This document shows positions 42,314 to 51,265 of a DNA stretch of 64,000 bases, piece after piece (position 1 is the first letter of the stretch; every line of letters starts with the position of its first letter). Under the pieces are notes generated by a model. That model was not told where the DNA came from. It did no database searches and was given only the letters and a program-made list of their open reading frames with translations. The DNA comes from an uncultured Pseudomonadota bacterium (GTDB lineage: Bacteria; Vulcanimicrobiota; Vulcanimicrobiia; Eremiobacterales; Eremiobacteraceae). The DNA is taken from NCBI GenBank assembly GCA_963736005.1, contig CAVTNB010000003.1, positions 96,001 through 160,000 on the forward strand. Direction: 5' to 3'. The position numbers and the translations under genes were made by a program.

Positions 42314-42378
42314 AGCGGACCTGAAGGTCCGCTGCTACATTTTTGCGATTGTGAGCGGACCTAAAGGTCCGCTACTAC
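42314..42378 (-). repeat. Two family A REPs upstream of the RAYT
   Basis: AGCGGACCTGAAGGTCCGCTGCTAC and AGCGGACCTAAAGGTCCGCTACTAC. Confidence 0.92.
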
Positions 42379-43398
42379 ACTTGTGGTGGGGCGAATCTCG
42401 GGCTGGGCGCCCCCGAGTTCCTGAACCTTGTGGCAGGCGACTTGATGCCCGTTATAGCTGAGCAGCTCGGGCACTTCTGTGTAGCAACGGTCGAACGCGA
42501 TTGGACAGCGGGTATGAAAGCGACAACCGCTCGGCGGGTTGAGCGGCGAGGGAATGTCGCCTTGCAAAATGATGCGCTCGCGCCGGGCTTCGATCCTCGG
42601 ATCAGGGATGGGGATGGCGGAAAGTAGCGCTTGCGTGTACGGGTGCAACGGCCGCTCGTACAACTGGTCGCGGCTTGCGACTTCCATAATCTTGCCCACG
42701 TACATGACTGCGACGCGATCCGAAATGTGGCGCACCACCGATAGATCGTGCGCGATAAAAAGGTAGGTGAGATCGAGTTGCTCTTGCAGATCTTGCAGCA
42801 AGTTGACTACTTGCGCTTGGATGGAGACATCGAGCGCTGAGACTGGTTCATCCGCCACGATAAACTTCGGATTGACCGCAAGGGCCCTAGCAACACCAAT
42901 GCGCTGCCGCTGGCCACCCGAAAACTCGTGCGGATACCGATTCGCATGATACGGTGACAAGCCGACAGTGCGCAGCAACTCGTGCACCCGCGCGTCTACC
43001 GCTTTGCCGCGTGCCAGACGGTGAATGATGAGAGGTTCTGCGACGATGTCGCCCACCGTCATGCGCGGGTTCAGGCTTGCGTACGGGTCCTGAAAGATGA
43101 TCTGCATTTCTTTGCGCAGCGAGCGCATGACTTTTCGAGGCACGTGGGTGATGTCTTGGCCTTCAAAGATGACGTTGCCACTGGTCGGCTCGAGAAGCCG
43201 CAGCACGCAGCGCCCTAGGGTCGTCTTGCCGGAGCCGGATTCGCCCACGAGGCCGAGCGTCTCGCCGCGATCGATCCTAAAACTGACGCCGTCAACCGCT
43301 TTGACGTCCGCGACGTGACGGGAGAACACACCGTGCGTGACGGGGAAGTACTTGACGAGGTCGCGGACCTCGAGGATTTGTTCTTTCTGGTCAGCCAC
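42361..43398 (-). CDS. Oligopeptide/dipeptide ABC transporter ATP-binding protein (OppF/DppF-like)
   Basis: [50 protein letters not shown]. Confidence 0.93.
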   Translation of the reverse strand: MADQKEQILEVRDLVKYFPVTHGVFSRHVADVKAVDGVSFRIDRGETLGLVGESGSGKTTLGRCVLRLLEPTSGNVIFEGQDITHVPRKVMRSLRKEMQIIFQDPYASLNPRMTVGDIVAEPLIIHRLARGKAVDARVHELLRTVGLSPYHANRYPHEFSGGQRQRIGVARALAVNPKFIVADEPVSALDVSIQAQVVNLLQDLQEQLDLTYLFIAHDLSVVRHISDRVAVMYVGKIMEVASRDQLYERPLHPYTQALLSAIPIPDPRIEARRERIILQGDIPSPLNPPSGCRFHTRCPIAFDRCYTEVPELLSYNGHQVACHKVQELGGAQPEIRPTTSVVADL

Positions 43399-44410
43399 TT
43401 TGCGCCGTCTTCTGCAGGCTCACGCTGCGCAGGTCAAGCGCTTTATCTTCCTTATATAAGACGCATCGGGCGATGTGTCCATCCCCGAAGTCGATCAAGG
43501 GTGGAGGCGTCGTTGCGCACTCCGGCAATGCGTAGCGGCAGCGAGCGGCAAACGAGCAGCCGGTCGGCAGGCGAAGCAGGTTCGGCGGTTGGCCGTTGAT
43601 GGGCACGAGTCGTCTTCGACCACCCTCGTCCAACCTCGGCAACGATTGCAACAAACCCAGAGTGTACGGGTGTTTGGGATCGCGGAAAATCTGATCGACC
43701 GTGCCATATTCCACCAGGTTGCCGGCATACATCACGAGCACTCGTTCGCACACTTCTGCAACCACACCCAAGTCGTGCGTGATCATAATGATGGCTGAGT
43801 TGAGACGCTTCTGCAAGTCACGCATCAAATCGAGAATTTGCGCTTGGATCGTCACGTCCAACGCAGTCGTCGGTTCGTCGGCAATGAGCAGTTGCGGATC
43901 GCACGCCAGGGCCATAGCAATCATCACGCGCTGGCGCATGCCGCCTGAGAACTGATGCGGATAGTTGTTAATGCGCTCTTCGGCCTCCGGGATGCGCACG
44001 ATCTCAAGCATTTCGAGTGAGCGTTGCATCGCATCTCGCTTGTTGCGATGTTGATGCAGCATGATCGTCTCGGCAATTTGATCGCCGACAGTGAGGACGG
44101 GATTGAGGCTGGTCATGGGGTCCTGAAAGATCATCGAAATTTTATTGCCGCGAATGTGACGCATTTGTGCTTCGCCGATGCGCAGCAAATCTTGACCATC
44201 GAATTCGATCGAACCAGCTTCGATGCGGCCCGGAGGCATGGCGATCAGCCGCATGATCGACAGCGCCGTGACGCTCTTGCCGGAGCCGGACTCTCCGACG
44301 ATGCCAAGCGTCTCGCCAGCGTTGAGCGCGAAGGAAAGGCCGTTAACGGCACGCACGATGCCATCTTCGGTCTTAAAGGTGACCTGGAGGTCCTTGACAC
44401 TAAGCAGCAT
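43391..44410 (-). CDS. Oligopeptide/dipeptide ABC transporter ATP-binding protein (OppD/DppD-like)
   Basis: [39 protein letters not shown]. Confidence 0.93.
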   Translation of the reverse strand: MLLSVKDLQVTFKTEDGIVRAVNGLSFALNAGETLGIVGESGSGKSVTALSIMRLIAMPPGRIEAGSIEFDGQDLLRIGEAQMRHIRGNKISMIFQDPMTSLNPVLTVGDQIAETIMLHQHRNKRDAMQRSLEMLEIVRIPEAEERINNYPHQFSGGMRQRVMIAMALACDPQLLIADEPTTALDVTIQAQILDLMRDLQKRLNSAIIMITHDLGVVAEVCERVLVMYAGNLVEYGTVDQIFRDPKHPYTLGLLQSLPRLDEGGRRRLVPINGQPPNLLRLPTGCSFAARCRYALPECATTPPPLIDFGDGHIARCVLYKEDKALDLRSVSLQKTAQSG

Positions 44411-44477
44411 GGGTCTTTCTAAGGCACCCCGCTCTAGAAGTGTGCCGACATTCCGATTGTCGGGTGATTTTTCCTAG

Positions 44478-44825
44478 TCAGCGGGTCACCAAGAAATAGG
44501 TGATCGCCAGAAAGACAAACGCGACGGCGACCCCGCCCGTAAGGCGCGTCAGTTGTTGATCGAATCCGATGCGGCCACGGTAGGCGGACTCCGAGCGGCC
44601 TCCGATGCTTCCGGAAAGCCCCTCGTTCTTCGTTGTCTGCACGGACATGAGCACGATCATTGCGCTGGCCACAGCAATGAACAGCGCCTGGATGATAAAG
44701 AGCAGAACCGGATGTTGCGAGCCGGCTGAGACTGGATTGAACTGAAAACCCGTTGGGAGCGCAAGTGGTATCGGCGTTGGCGCGGCAGCCGCGGGTGTCG
44801 CTGCGAGCACAAAAAATGAGAGCAT
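44478..44825 (-). CDS. secG: Preprotein translocase subunit SecG
   Basis: TM, then VQTTKNEGLSGSIGG...L.RLT, then TM; adjacent to a carboxylesterase. Confidence 0.75.
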   Translation of the reverse strand: MLSFFVLAATPAAAAPTPIPLALPTGFQFNPVSAGSQHPVLLFIIQALFIAVASAMIVLMSVQTTKNEGLSGSIGGRSESAYRGRIGFDQQLTRLTGGVAVAFVFLAITYFLVTR

Positions 44826-44850
44826 GCCACTCGGCTTCGTGCGGACAAAG

Positions 44851-45630
44851 TTAGGCCCCTTTGGTTTGGCCCGCCGCACCTGTGACGTACGACGCCTCGC
44901 GCTCGCGCAAGAACCCGATGACGTCACCTGAGATCGTTCGTAGATACGGGGGCAGGGTCAGCAGATGGCGGCCGCCCGGATACACTCGGACGTGCTTTTC
45001 TTGGCTCGCGACGTGGGCAGCAATAAAGGCAGCATTTGCCGCTGGCACGGTTTGGTCGCCCCGGCTGTGAATCACGAGTAGCGGAGCCGTGACGCGCGGC
45101 AACTCATTGCGCACGATTGTCAGCACGTCTAAGAAAACGCCAAGCGATGAAAGTGGAGTTGTGGTGTAGCCTACAACCTCGCCTCGCCACGCGGCATAGT
45201 TGCTGATCACCCTTCGACGCGGCGCCCAGCGCATGGCGATGGGCACGGACAACGAGAGCAGCCTGCTCATGAACACGGGTGTCGAAATCGTCGCGAGGCC
45301 CGCCACCTCGTGGTGCGCGGCCAGATGCAGCCCAAGGGCGCCGCCCATCGAAAGACCGACGATGTACACGCGCGCGAAACGTTCTGCTGCATCAAGATAC
45401 GCCGCTTCGACCGTTGCGAAGAAATCCTTGGGCGTCACTCCCACGAGATCATCCGGCGACGTGCCATGACCAGCGAGCGCCGGCGCTATAACACCGAAAC
45501 CCGCGGCATGCAGATCCGCTCCAAGCTCGCGGATTTCAGAGCAGCTTCCTGAAAAGCCGTGCAGCAGCACCACGCCCGCGCTGCTGCCTTCAAATGAGAA
45601 CGGCTCGGCCCCCGGCATGTAATCGCGCAT
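44851..45630 (-). CDS. Alpha/beta hydrolase (carboxylesterase)
   Basis: LLHGFSG, GHGT, GLSMGG nucleophile elbow, D.TVP, H. Confidence 0.9.
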   Translation of the reverse strand: MRDYMPGAEPFSFEGSSAGVVLLHGFSGSCSEIRELGADLHAAGFGVIAPALAGHGTSPDDLVGVTPKDFFATVEAAYLDAAERFARVYIVGLSMGGALGLHLAAHHEVAGLATISTPVFMSRLLSLSVPIAMRWAPRRRVISNYAAWRGEVVGYTTTPLSSLGVFLDVLTIVRNELPRVTAPLLVIHSRGDQTVPAANAAFIAAHVASQEKHVRVYPGGRHLLTLPPYLRTISGDVIGFLREREASYVTGAAGQTKGA

Positions 45631-45652
45631 CGCGAGAGGTTCCTATTGTGTG

Positions 45653-45677
45653 AGCGGACCTAAAGGTCCGCTGCTAC
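45653..45677 (-). repeat. Family A REP
   Basis: AGCGGACCTAAAGGTCCGCTGCTAC. Confidence 0.9.
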
Positions 45678-45693
45678 ACGGTCTGGTGAGTCG

Positions 45694-45702
45694 TGTTATA
45701 AT
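45694..45702 (+). promoter_or_regulatory. Extended -10, probably a leaderless transcript
   Basis: TGTTATAAT located 7 nt before the ATG at 45710. Confidence 0.55.
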
Positions 45703-45709
45703 GAGGCGC

Positions 45710-46384
45710 ATGCGCGATTCGAAGGGGCCGCGGGCCGTGATCGACGCTCGTTCAGGTCTGGGTGAGAGCCACGACGTCATCGTCATTCGCGAGCATCGCG
45801 CAGTCGGAGAATTTGCCCGCAGCCTTTCGACCATTTTCAATCCGTTCATCTGCGCGACGGTGCTTTTTGTTATCGTTGCGCGCGCCTACTCCTCATCCAC
45901 TCTCCATTTCTGGGAACTGTCGTTTGCAGGATTGTTCTTCTTCACCATCGCGCCGATGCTCTGCGTGTTCTACCTCTATCTCTCGGGCAGGATTTCCGAT
46001 TTTGACATGTCCGATCGCTACGAACGCCACCGCGCGTTTATGGCGTTCGTCGTCGTCGACGCCATTGCAGCCCTTTTTCTCACGGCGGTGCACGCGCCGA
46101 CCGTGCTCATCGCCATCACGTGGGGCTACGTTGGCGCAACGCTCGCGATCATGTCGATCACGCGCTGGTGGAAGATCAGCACGCATGCTTTTGGGATCAC
46201 GGGTCCGTTCGCGGTCATGTTCTTGCTCTTTGGTTTGCAGGCGTTGCCATACGTCGCGATCGTACCGCTCGTTTGCTGGGCCCGCGTCTACATCCGCTCG
46301 CACACGGTCGCCCAGGTGCTCGCAGGCGCCGCGCTAGCGATCGTTTCAACTTTAGTGGTATTCCGGGTGTTTCACCTGATCTGA
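45710..46384 (+). CDS. PAP2-like membrane protein
   Basis: Multiple TM segments; WKISTHA and WARV..RSHT..QV..G motifs. Confidence 0.7.
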   Translation: MRDSKGPRAVIDARSGLGESHDVIVIREHRAVGEFARSLSTIFNPFICATVLFVIVARAYSSSTLHFWELSFAGLFFFTIAPMLCVFYLYLSGRISDFDMSDRYERHRAFMAFVVVDAIAALFLTAVHAPTVLIAITWGYVGATLAIMSITRWWKISTHAFGITGPFAVMFLLFGLQALPYVAIVPLVCWARVYIRSHTVAQVLAGAALAIVSTLVVFRVFHLI

Positions 46385-47170
46385 AAAGTCCGCGTGCCGG
46401 ACTTGCGCTGACGTAACGCCGGCAAGATCATGCGCCCGGCGGACGAACTGCTCCACGCTCCCCGAAACATCAAAACGGACGGTACCATCGCCGGGTGCGA
46501 AAGGCTCGAGCAACGGAATCGCCTCGCGCGCGCACTGCTCGGCCGGATCCACGATTTTGACGTCCGGCTCAAGCGCTCGCTCGAACCACCGACGCAGCAG
46601 CGGGAAGTGGGTGCAACCCAAAACGACCGTATCGCAGCTTTCCTTTTTAAAGGGCAGGCAGTATTCTTCGACCGCCCTACGAGCTTCGTCTCCGTCCCAC
46701 GCTCCCGCTTCGACGAGCGGCACGAGACGCGGCGCGCCAACGGAAGTCACTTGGGCCTTTGGAAGCACGCGTTGTATCTTGCGCTCGAAGACGCCGCTGT
46801 TGATCGTGCTGGCCGTCGCGATAACGCCGACGCGCCCGCTTGTGGTCGTCGCAACTGCGGCGCGCACGCCGCAGTCGACAATGGGAAGGGTCTCCAAGTT
46901 TTGTGGCTCGTACCCAAAGCGGTCGAATGCGGAGCAGCTCGTTCCGCAAGCGATGACGAGCAGCGTAGGATCGTCGTGCACCAAGTGCGCAATGATTTGC
47001 CGTGCGAAACCTGCCACTTCTTCGAGCGGGCGATCGCCATAGGGCACGCGTGCGGTGTCCGCTGCATAGATGATGTCTGCATCCGGCACGGCGCGACGTA
47101 GCGCGGTGAGGACGGTCAGCCCCCCAAGCCCCGAGTCAAACATCGCGATACGGCGTTTGGTATTCGTCAT
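46352..47170 (-). CDS. murI: Glutamate racemase
   Basis: FDSGLGGLTV, DTARVPYG, VIACGT, VLGCTHFP. Confidence 0.93.
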   Translation of the reverse strand: MTNTKRRIAMFDSGLGGLTVLTALRRAVPDADIIYAADTARVPYGDRPLEEVAGFARQIIAHLVHDDPTLLVIACGTSCSAFDRFGYEPQNLETLPIVDCGVRAAVATTTSGRVGVIATASTINSGVFERKIQRVLPKAQVTSVGAPRLVPLVEAGAWDGDEARRAVEEYCLPFKKESCDTVVLGCTHFPLLRRWFERALEPDVKIVDPAEQCAREAIPLLEPFAPGDGTVRFDVSGSVEQFVRRAHDLAGVTSAQVRHADFSDQVKHPEYH

Positions 47171-49197
47171 TTCGGTGGCGGGCCACCCGTAAAATCCTTC
47201 ACGCCCTGCGCAATGCCATCCGCGACGTGATCCAAAAATGATTGTTGAGAAAGCAACCGGGCATCGTGATCGTTGCTGAGGTACGCCGCCTCCACTAACA
47301 CCGCCGGCATGACCGTGTGATGAATGACGTAAAAGTTATTGCGAATGACTCCCGCATCGCCAGCGCCCGTATCCTTCACGACTTCGCCTTGCACCGCTTG
47401 CGCAAGCGAACGGGATCCATCCCGCCAGAAATATGTGGTGATCCCACTAGGATCGCTCGAAACCGATGCGTTGATGTGCACGCTGATGAAGAGGCGCGCA
47501 CCCGCGGCATTCGCGATGTCGCAGCGGGCTTGCAGCTCTTGCTTGTCGTTGCCGCCGGGATCGCCAACCTCGTAGTCGCCATCGCGAGTTAGCGTCACGT
47601 GCCAGCCGGCGCGCTCCAGGTCGGCTTTCAAACGCTTTGAAATGGAGAGCGTCAGATTTTTTTCGGTCAAACCCATGGATTCGTTGATCGCCCCTGGATC
47701 GTTGCCTCCATGTCCGGGATCGATCACGATAAGCTTGGGGTCCGCGGGCACGTAGGTTGAAAATGCCGCCGGTTGCGGCGTAGGTGGGGCAGAAATGAGG
47801 GCTCCGACGCCGCTGGACGGCGCATCAGCAGGTGGTGGGCTCGAACGAATATCGATGCCGAGCGCATTGGGCGTACCCTCGATAGCGCCAATGGCGACAT
47901 CGACAGGTTGTGTTGGATCGATTGCAATGCGCACGACGTGATCGGGCGTCAGTTCGTTCTGGCTAATCGTGACGGAACGGATGACCCCCAGCTTCACCAC
48001 GAGGTTTTCCGCCGGCCCAACGAGCTCGGCTTGTGAAACGTCGATCCAAAAGCGGTTGTCGGGGTCGGCCAAGCGGTGCCATTCGAAATTAACGGGCCCG
48101 GTGAGCGTCAGCGTGATGCGACTGACACCGGCCGCATCCGTCTGGGTCACATTCACGATCTTTTGCACTGGGGGCGCGCTCGGATTGGCTTGCGGTGATG
48201 CACCTGATGCAAGCGGGCTCGGGGAGCCCTGCGGCGTCACGAGGCTGCCGCTGTCCGTGACCTCCGGCGCAGGAACGGCGCTAGGCTCGGGTGCTGAAGC
48301 GGCAGGCTCGGGTATTGCTGTCGGCACCGGAGAGTTTTGCGGTGGCGCAGTCACCTGAGAGCTTGGCGTTGCGCTCAGTGAAACCGAAGGTGTGGCTGCA
48401 GTGACGGCGCCCAGCGCGAGATATTTATCCTCGCGTGCCAAAATCAGATCCATGGTGCAACTCGAGGTACGATGTGCGGCGAACTTGACGCCGTGGAGCG
48501 CATCAAGGGTTACAGCGGTAATAGGAAAGCCGGGCGGCCCTTGTTGTTCGATAAGGGCCGTCTTTGCTTCGCGTCCGCCAAGTTCGACTTTGTTGCCCGC
48601 AGCGTTCGAAAAGCCCGAAAAGGTGATCACGAGCATCGGCTTCTTCGGGTCACCTCCGTACGCAGCGCGCCACGTCAACGGAGCTGTGGCCTGAATCTCG
48701 AGAACCGTGCGACGCTGCCCGACACGTCGGGAAACCGAAACGATTTGCGGGGCGAACGCATAGCCGCCCTGAAAGCCGCGCTCGCTTAATCCGAGCGCTT
48801 GGCAAAGCGCGAGCAGCGGTATATAAAGATGGTCTCCGTCGTAGAACGGACCAAACGGAATGCCTAGTGACGTATCATCCACCGTCACTGCATTGCTGCC
48901 AACCGTGAACGTGACCAATTTGCCGTCTGCCCGAGTGAAGACGACAAATCTCGTGCCTGGTTGGTACTGGAGTCGTGCTCCGATGAGATCCAGCATGCTC
49001 TGCAAGCCACTGTCATCGGCGCGCACGACGAGTTGCCCCCTCGTGGTCGCAAGATTTTCGAAGCGCACGACGCGGCCAGCCACGTAGATGGAGCTGCGAT
49101 CTCCCGCAAGCGCGATCCCAACTGGTTGCGCGTTCGCTCCAGTTGCTGCCAAGAACGTTGCGATGAGAGCAAGCGCCAAGCACATCTGGCGCATCAT
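47167..49197 (-). CDS. N-acetylmuramoyl-L-alanine amidase (Amidase_3) with AMIN-like domains
   Basis: VIDPGHGG.DPGA, EK.LTL, LTRD, FISVH.NA, MPAVLVE..YLSN; signal peptide. Confidence 0.9.
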   Translation of the reverse strand: MMRQMCLALALIATFLAATGANAQPVGIALAGDRSSIYVAGRVVRFENLATTRGQLVVRADDSGLQSMLDLIGARLQYQPGTRFVVFTRADGKLVTFTVGSNAVTVDDTSLGIPFGPFYDGDHLYIPLLALCQALGLSERGFQGGYAFAPQIVSVSRRVGQRRTVLEIQATAPLTWRAAYGGDPKKPMLVITFSGFSNAAGNKVELGGREAKTALIEQQGPPGFPITAVTLDALHGVKFAAHRTSSCTMDLILAREDKYLALGAVTAATPSVSLSATPSSQVTAPPQNSPVPTAIPEPAASAPEPSAVPAPEVTDSGSLVTPQGSPSPLASGASPQANPSAPPVQKIVNVTQTDAAGVSRITLTLTGPVNFEWHRLADPDNRFWIDVSQAELVGPAENLVVKLGVIRSVTISQNELTPDHVVRIAIDPTQPVDVAIGAIEGTPNALGIDIRSSPPPADAPSSGVGALISAPPTPQPAAFSTYVPADPKLIVIDPGHGGNDPGAINESMGLTEKNLTLSISKRLKADLERAGWHVTLTRDGDYEVGDPGGNDKQELQARCDIANAAGARLFISVHINASVSSDPSGITTYFWRDGSRSLAQAVQGEVVKDTGAGDAGVIRNNFYVIHHTVMPAVLVEAAYLSNDHDARLLSQQSFLDHVADGIAQGVKDFTGGPPPK

Positions 49198-49685
49198 TGA
49201 ACGAACATCGCCCTCGTGAGTGGTTCATCGAGTTCGAATTGACCGCCGGGCAAGGCGGCAACGGTCTGGCCGCCCACGAGGACCTGCACGCGATTGATCC
49301 CGGGAAGAGCCGTCAAGGTATAGGTCAGAGACTTAAACATGCCCACTTCATCGCCACCCCCACGCTGAAAGAAACGTTCGACCGCGCCGGTGAGGTTCAC
49401 GACCGCAATCGTGCCTTGGATGCTTACCGTTGCGTACGTCCCGCGCGGAAATAGCACAACCGCGTCGCCGCCCTCGGGGGGGCCGGCAAAGAGCTGGTTC
49501 ACGGCGTACGACGCAAGCATCGTTCCAGACAGTTTTGGATCGACGGTAAAGGGAACGCGGACGAGATCGTTGCTGCCGGCTTTGCAGTAGTAGATCGTAA
49601 TCTCGTGAGGTGGGGGAAGGGTCGCGTGGCGGCTGCAGCCGGCGATGAGGAGTGCAACAAGGAGCGCGCTTGCGCGGACGCGGAT
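49194..49685 (-). CDS. GerMN domain lipoprotein (probable non-canonical ATC start)
   Basis: IRVRASALLVALLIAGC lipobox; LFAGP, AVVNL, SL.YTLT..PGI.RVQVLVGG. Confidence 0.75.
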   Translation of the reverse strand: MRVRASALLVALLIAGCSRHATLPPPHEITIYYCKAGSNDLVRVPFTVDPKLSGTMLASYAVNQLFAGPPEGGDAVVLFPRGTYATVSIQGTIAVVNLTGAVERFFQRGGGDEVGMFKSLTYTLTALPGINRVQVLVGGQTVAALPGGQFELDEPLTRAMFVQ

Positions 49686-49706
49686 GAGACCTTCCCCCTC
49701 TGATAA

Positions 49707-49730
49707 TTAGTCGCGCGAATTTATTCGCGC
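49707..49730 (+). repeat. Family B REP downstream of tmRNA
   Basis: TTAGTCGCGCGAATTTATTCGCGC. Confidence 0.75.
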
Positions 49731-49743
49731 TTCTTACGCGTGG

Positions 49744-50094
49744 TGGTGGAGGCGACCGGAGTTGAACCGGTGTCCGAAAAGTCTCCCACGAGAGCATCTA
49801 CAGGCTTATCTCGGGATTTTCACTCGCGACGCGTACTCCCCCGAGCGGGATTGCCGCGCCGCCAGCTTCGATTGATTTCCCGGAGGCATCGAAGCGCCTA
49901 CTCCCGGTATCCGTACTTTGTGACACTTGCGGGCCCGAGACGGCGCCGTTGCCCCGCAAGCGTGACGAGCCTAATTAGGCTGCCAGTGCGTATTCGCTAT
50001 TGGCGTTTATACGTTGTCCGATCGTTTTAGGAGGGCTCGGAACTCCGCCTGCTTCCCTCGCCAGAGCGCATCCCGTCGAAACCGTGACGCCCCC
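49744..50094 (-). ncRNA. ssrA: tmRNA, tag ANSEYALAA
   Basis: 5' GGGGGCGTCACGGTTTCGAC; 3' GGTTCAACTCCGGTCGCCTCCACCA; tag ORF GCC AAT AGC GAA TAC GCA CTG GCA GCC TAA. Confidence 0.95.
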
Positions 50095-50105
50095 GCGACC
50101 AACCT

Positions 50106-50134
50106 ATTCTACCTTATTCAGCGGGTCAATACAA
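50106..50134 (-). promoter_or_regulatory. Sigma70-type promoter of ssrA
   Basis: TTGTAT-N17-TAGAAT just upstream of the tmRNA 5' end. Confidence 0.55.
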
Positions 50135-50150
50135 GAACGCGCGTTCGAAT

Positions 50151-50795
50151 CTACGCCCCAGCGCTGGCGTGCCGGCGCCCGAGAAGGTGGTCGATCGCCA
50201 CAGCGATCATGCCGAGCACCAAAAACCCAGCCAAAATCATAGCTGCGTTCACAAACACCGTCGGATAGCCAAGCGCGTTTACGTCGGCAAAGAGATAGGG
50301 ATACTCACCCGTGCGCAATCCTCGGAGCACAGTCCAGCCGACGTATGCCAGCGGATAGATCAGCCACCAAAGTGGCGCAATCCATTTCAAAGTTCCTTTG
50401 GTCACGTACGAGAACCAGAAGAGAATGTAGAGGATTGGAACCGCGTCGTGCAAGGCGACATCGACGACAAGCTGCAGACCTGTTGGCTCCCAAAGCGCTC
50501 GCAGCAGCAGCGAATAGATCATCCCAACGACCGCAATGTACACGGCGGTCGCGGACGTCGTGCTCGGCCGCGTAAGGAACGTATCCTGTGTTCCTCGGGC
50601 CAGCAAGGCCGTTGTCACAATCGCGACCATCAGATTCGTGAGCACGGTGAAATAGCTCAAGGTCTTGACAATGCCGTGGACGGTTGACAATCCTTGGTTA
50701 AGAACAGCCTTCGTGGTCAAGAAGATCTGCAACGCCACCGCCAGCCAAGCCACGACCGTGAGGGCGATCAAAAGGAGGCGTTGCGGTTTCGACAT
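50151..50795 (-). CDS. Pr6Pr-family membrane protein
   Basis: SYFTVLTN, LH..VP, YPLAY, YPY.F motifs; about six TM segments. Confidence 0.75.
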   Translation of the reverse strand: MSKPQRLLLIALTVVAWLAVALQIFLTTKAVLNQGLSTVHGIVKTLSYFTVLTNLMVAIVTTALLARGTQDTFLTRPSTTSATAVYIAVVGMIYSLLLRALWEPTGLQLVVDVALHDAVPILYILFWFSYVTKGTLKWIAPLWWLIYPLAYVGWTVLRGLRTGEYPYLFADVNALGYPTVFVNAAMILAGFLVLGMIAVAIDHLLGRRHASAGA

Positions 50796-50829
50796 TCCTG
50801 GTCAAACCACTAAGGCCGGAAGAACGCAG

Positions 50830-51201
50830 CTACTTCGAAAAGCGCTTGTCCTCTTCGGACACGTCGCGAATGATTAAGCTCACGATCCACGAGATCACCG
50901 ACAGGACGATCGCGCCCCAGAAGGCCGCCCAATAACCTGGGATGTGCCAGCCTGGCAGCCACCTCAGCACGAAATAAAAGATGATCCCGTTGATGATGAG
51001 GGTGAACAGCCCGAGCGTGACAACCACGAGTGGGCAACTGAGGAGCAGGAGAATCGGCCGCACCACTGCGTTGGCGACGCCAAGAACGAGCGCGCCAATG
51101 AGCGTATCTGTAATGGTGTCGGCGTGGATGCCCATGAAGTTGAACTTGGAAATCAGGAAAAGCGCAATAGCATTCACGAGAAGTCTGATAACAAAATTCA
51201 T
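50830..51201 (-). CDS. Phage-holin-family (YvlD-like) membrane protein
   Basis: NAVVRPIL.LL..PL...TLGLF.LIING. Confidence 0.85.
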   Translation of the reverse strand: MNFVIRLLVNAIALFLISKFNFMGIHADTITDTLIGALVLGVANAVVRPILLLLSCPLVVVTLGLFTLIINGIIFYFVLRWLPGWHIPGYWAAFWGAIVLSVISWIVSLIIRDVSEEDKRFSK

Positions 51202-51265
51202 GGGCCTAGGGTGCGGCGAAAGCGGGAGGCAGACCTGCCCGAAGCGGACTAGAGGAGGTGCGGGG

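Noticed and set aside
50830..51201. Prophage inferred from the holin-family gene near tmRNA
   Set aside because: This family is common in core genomes near uvr genes, and no integrase or other phage genes are present.
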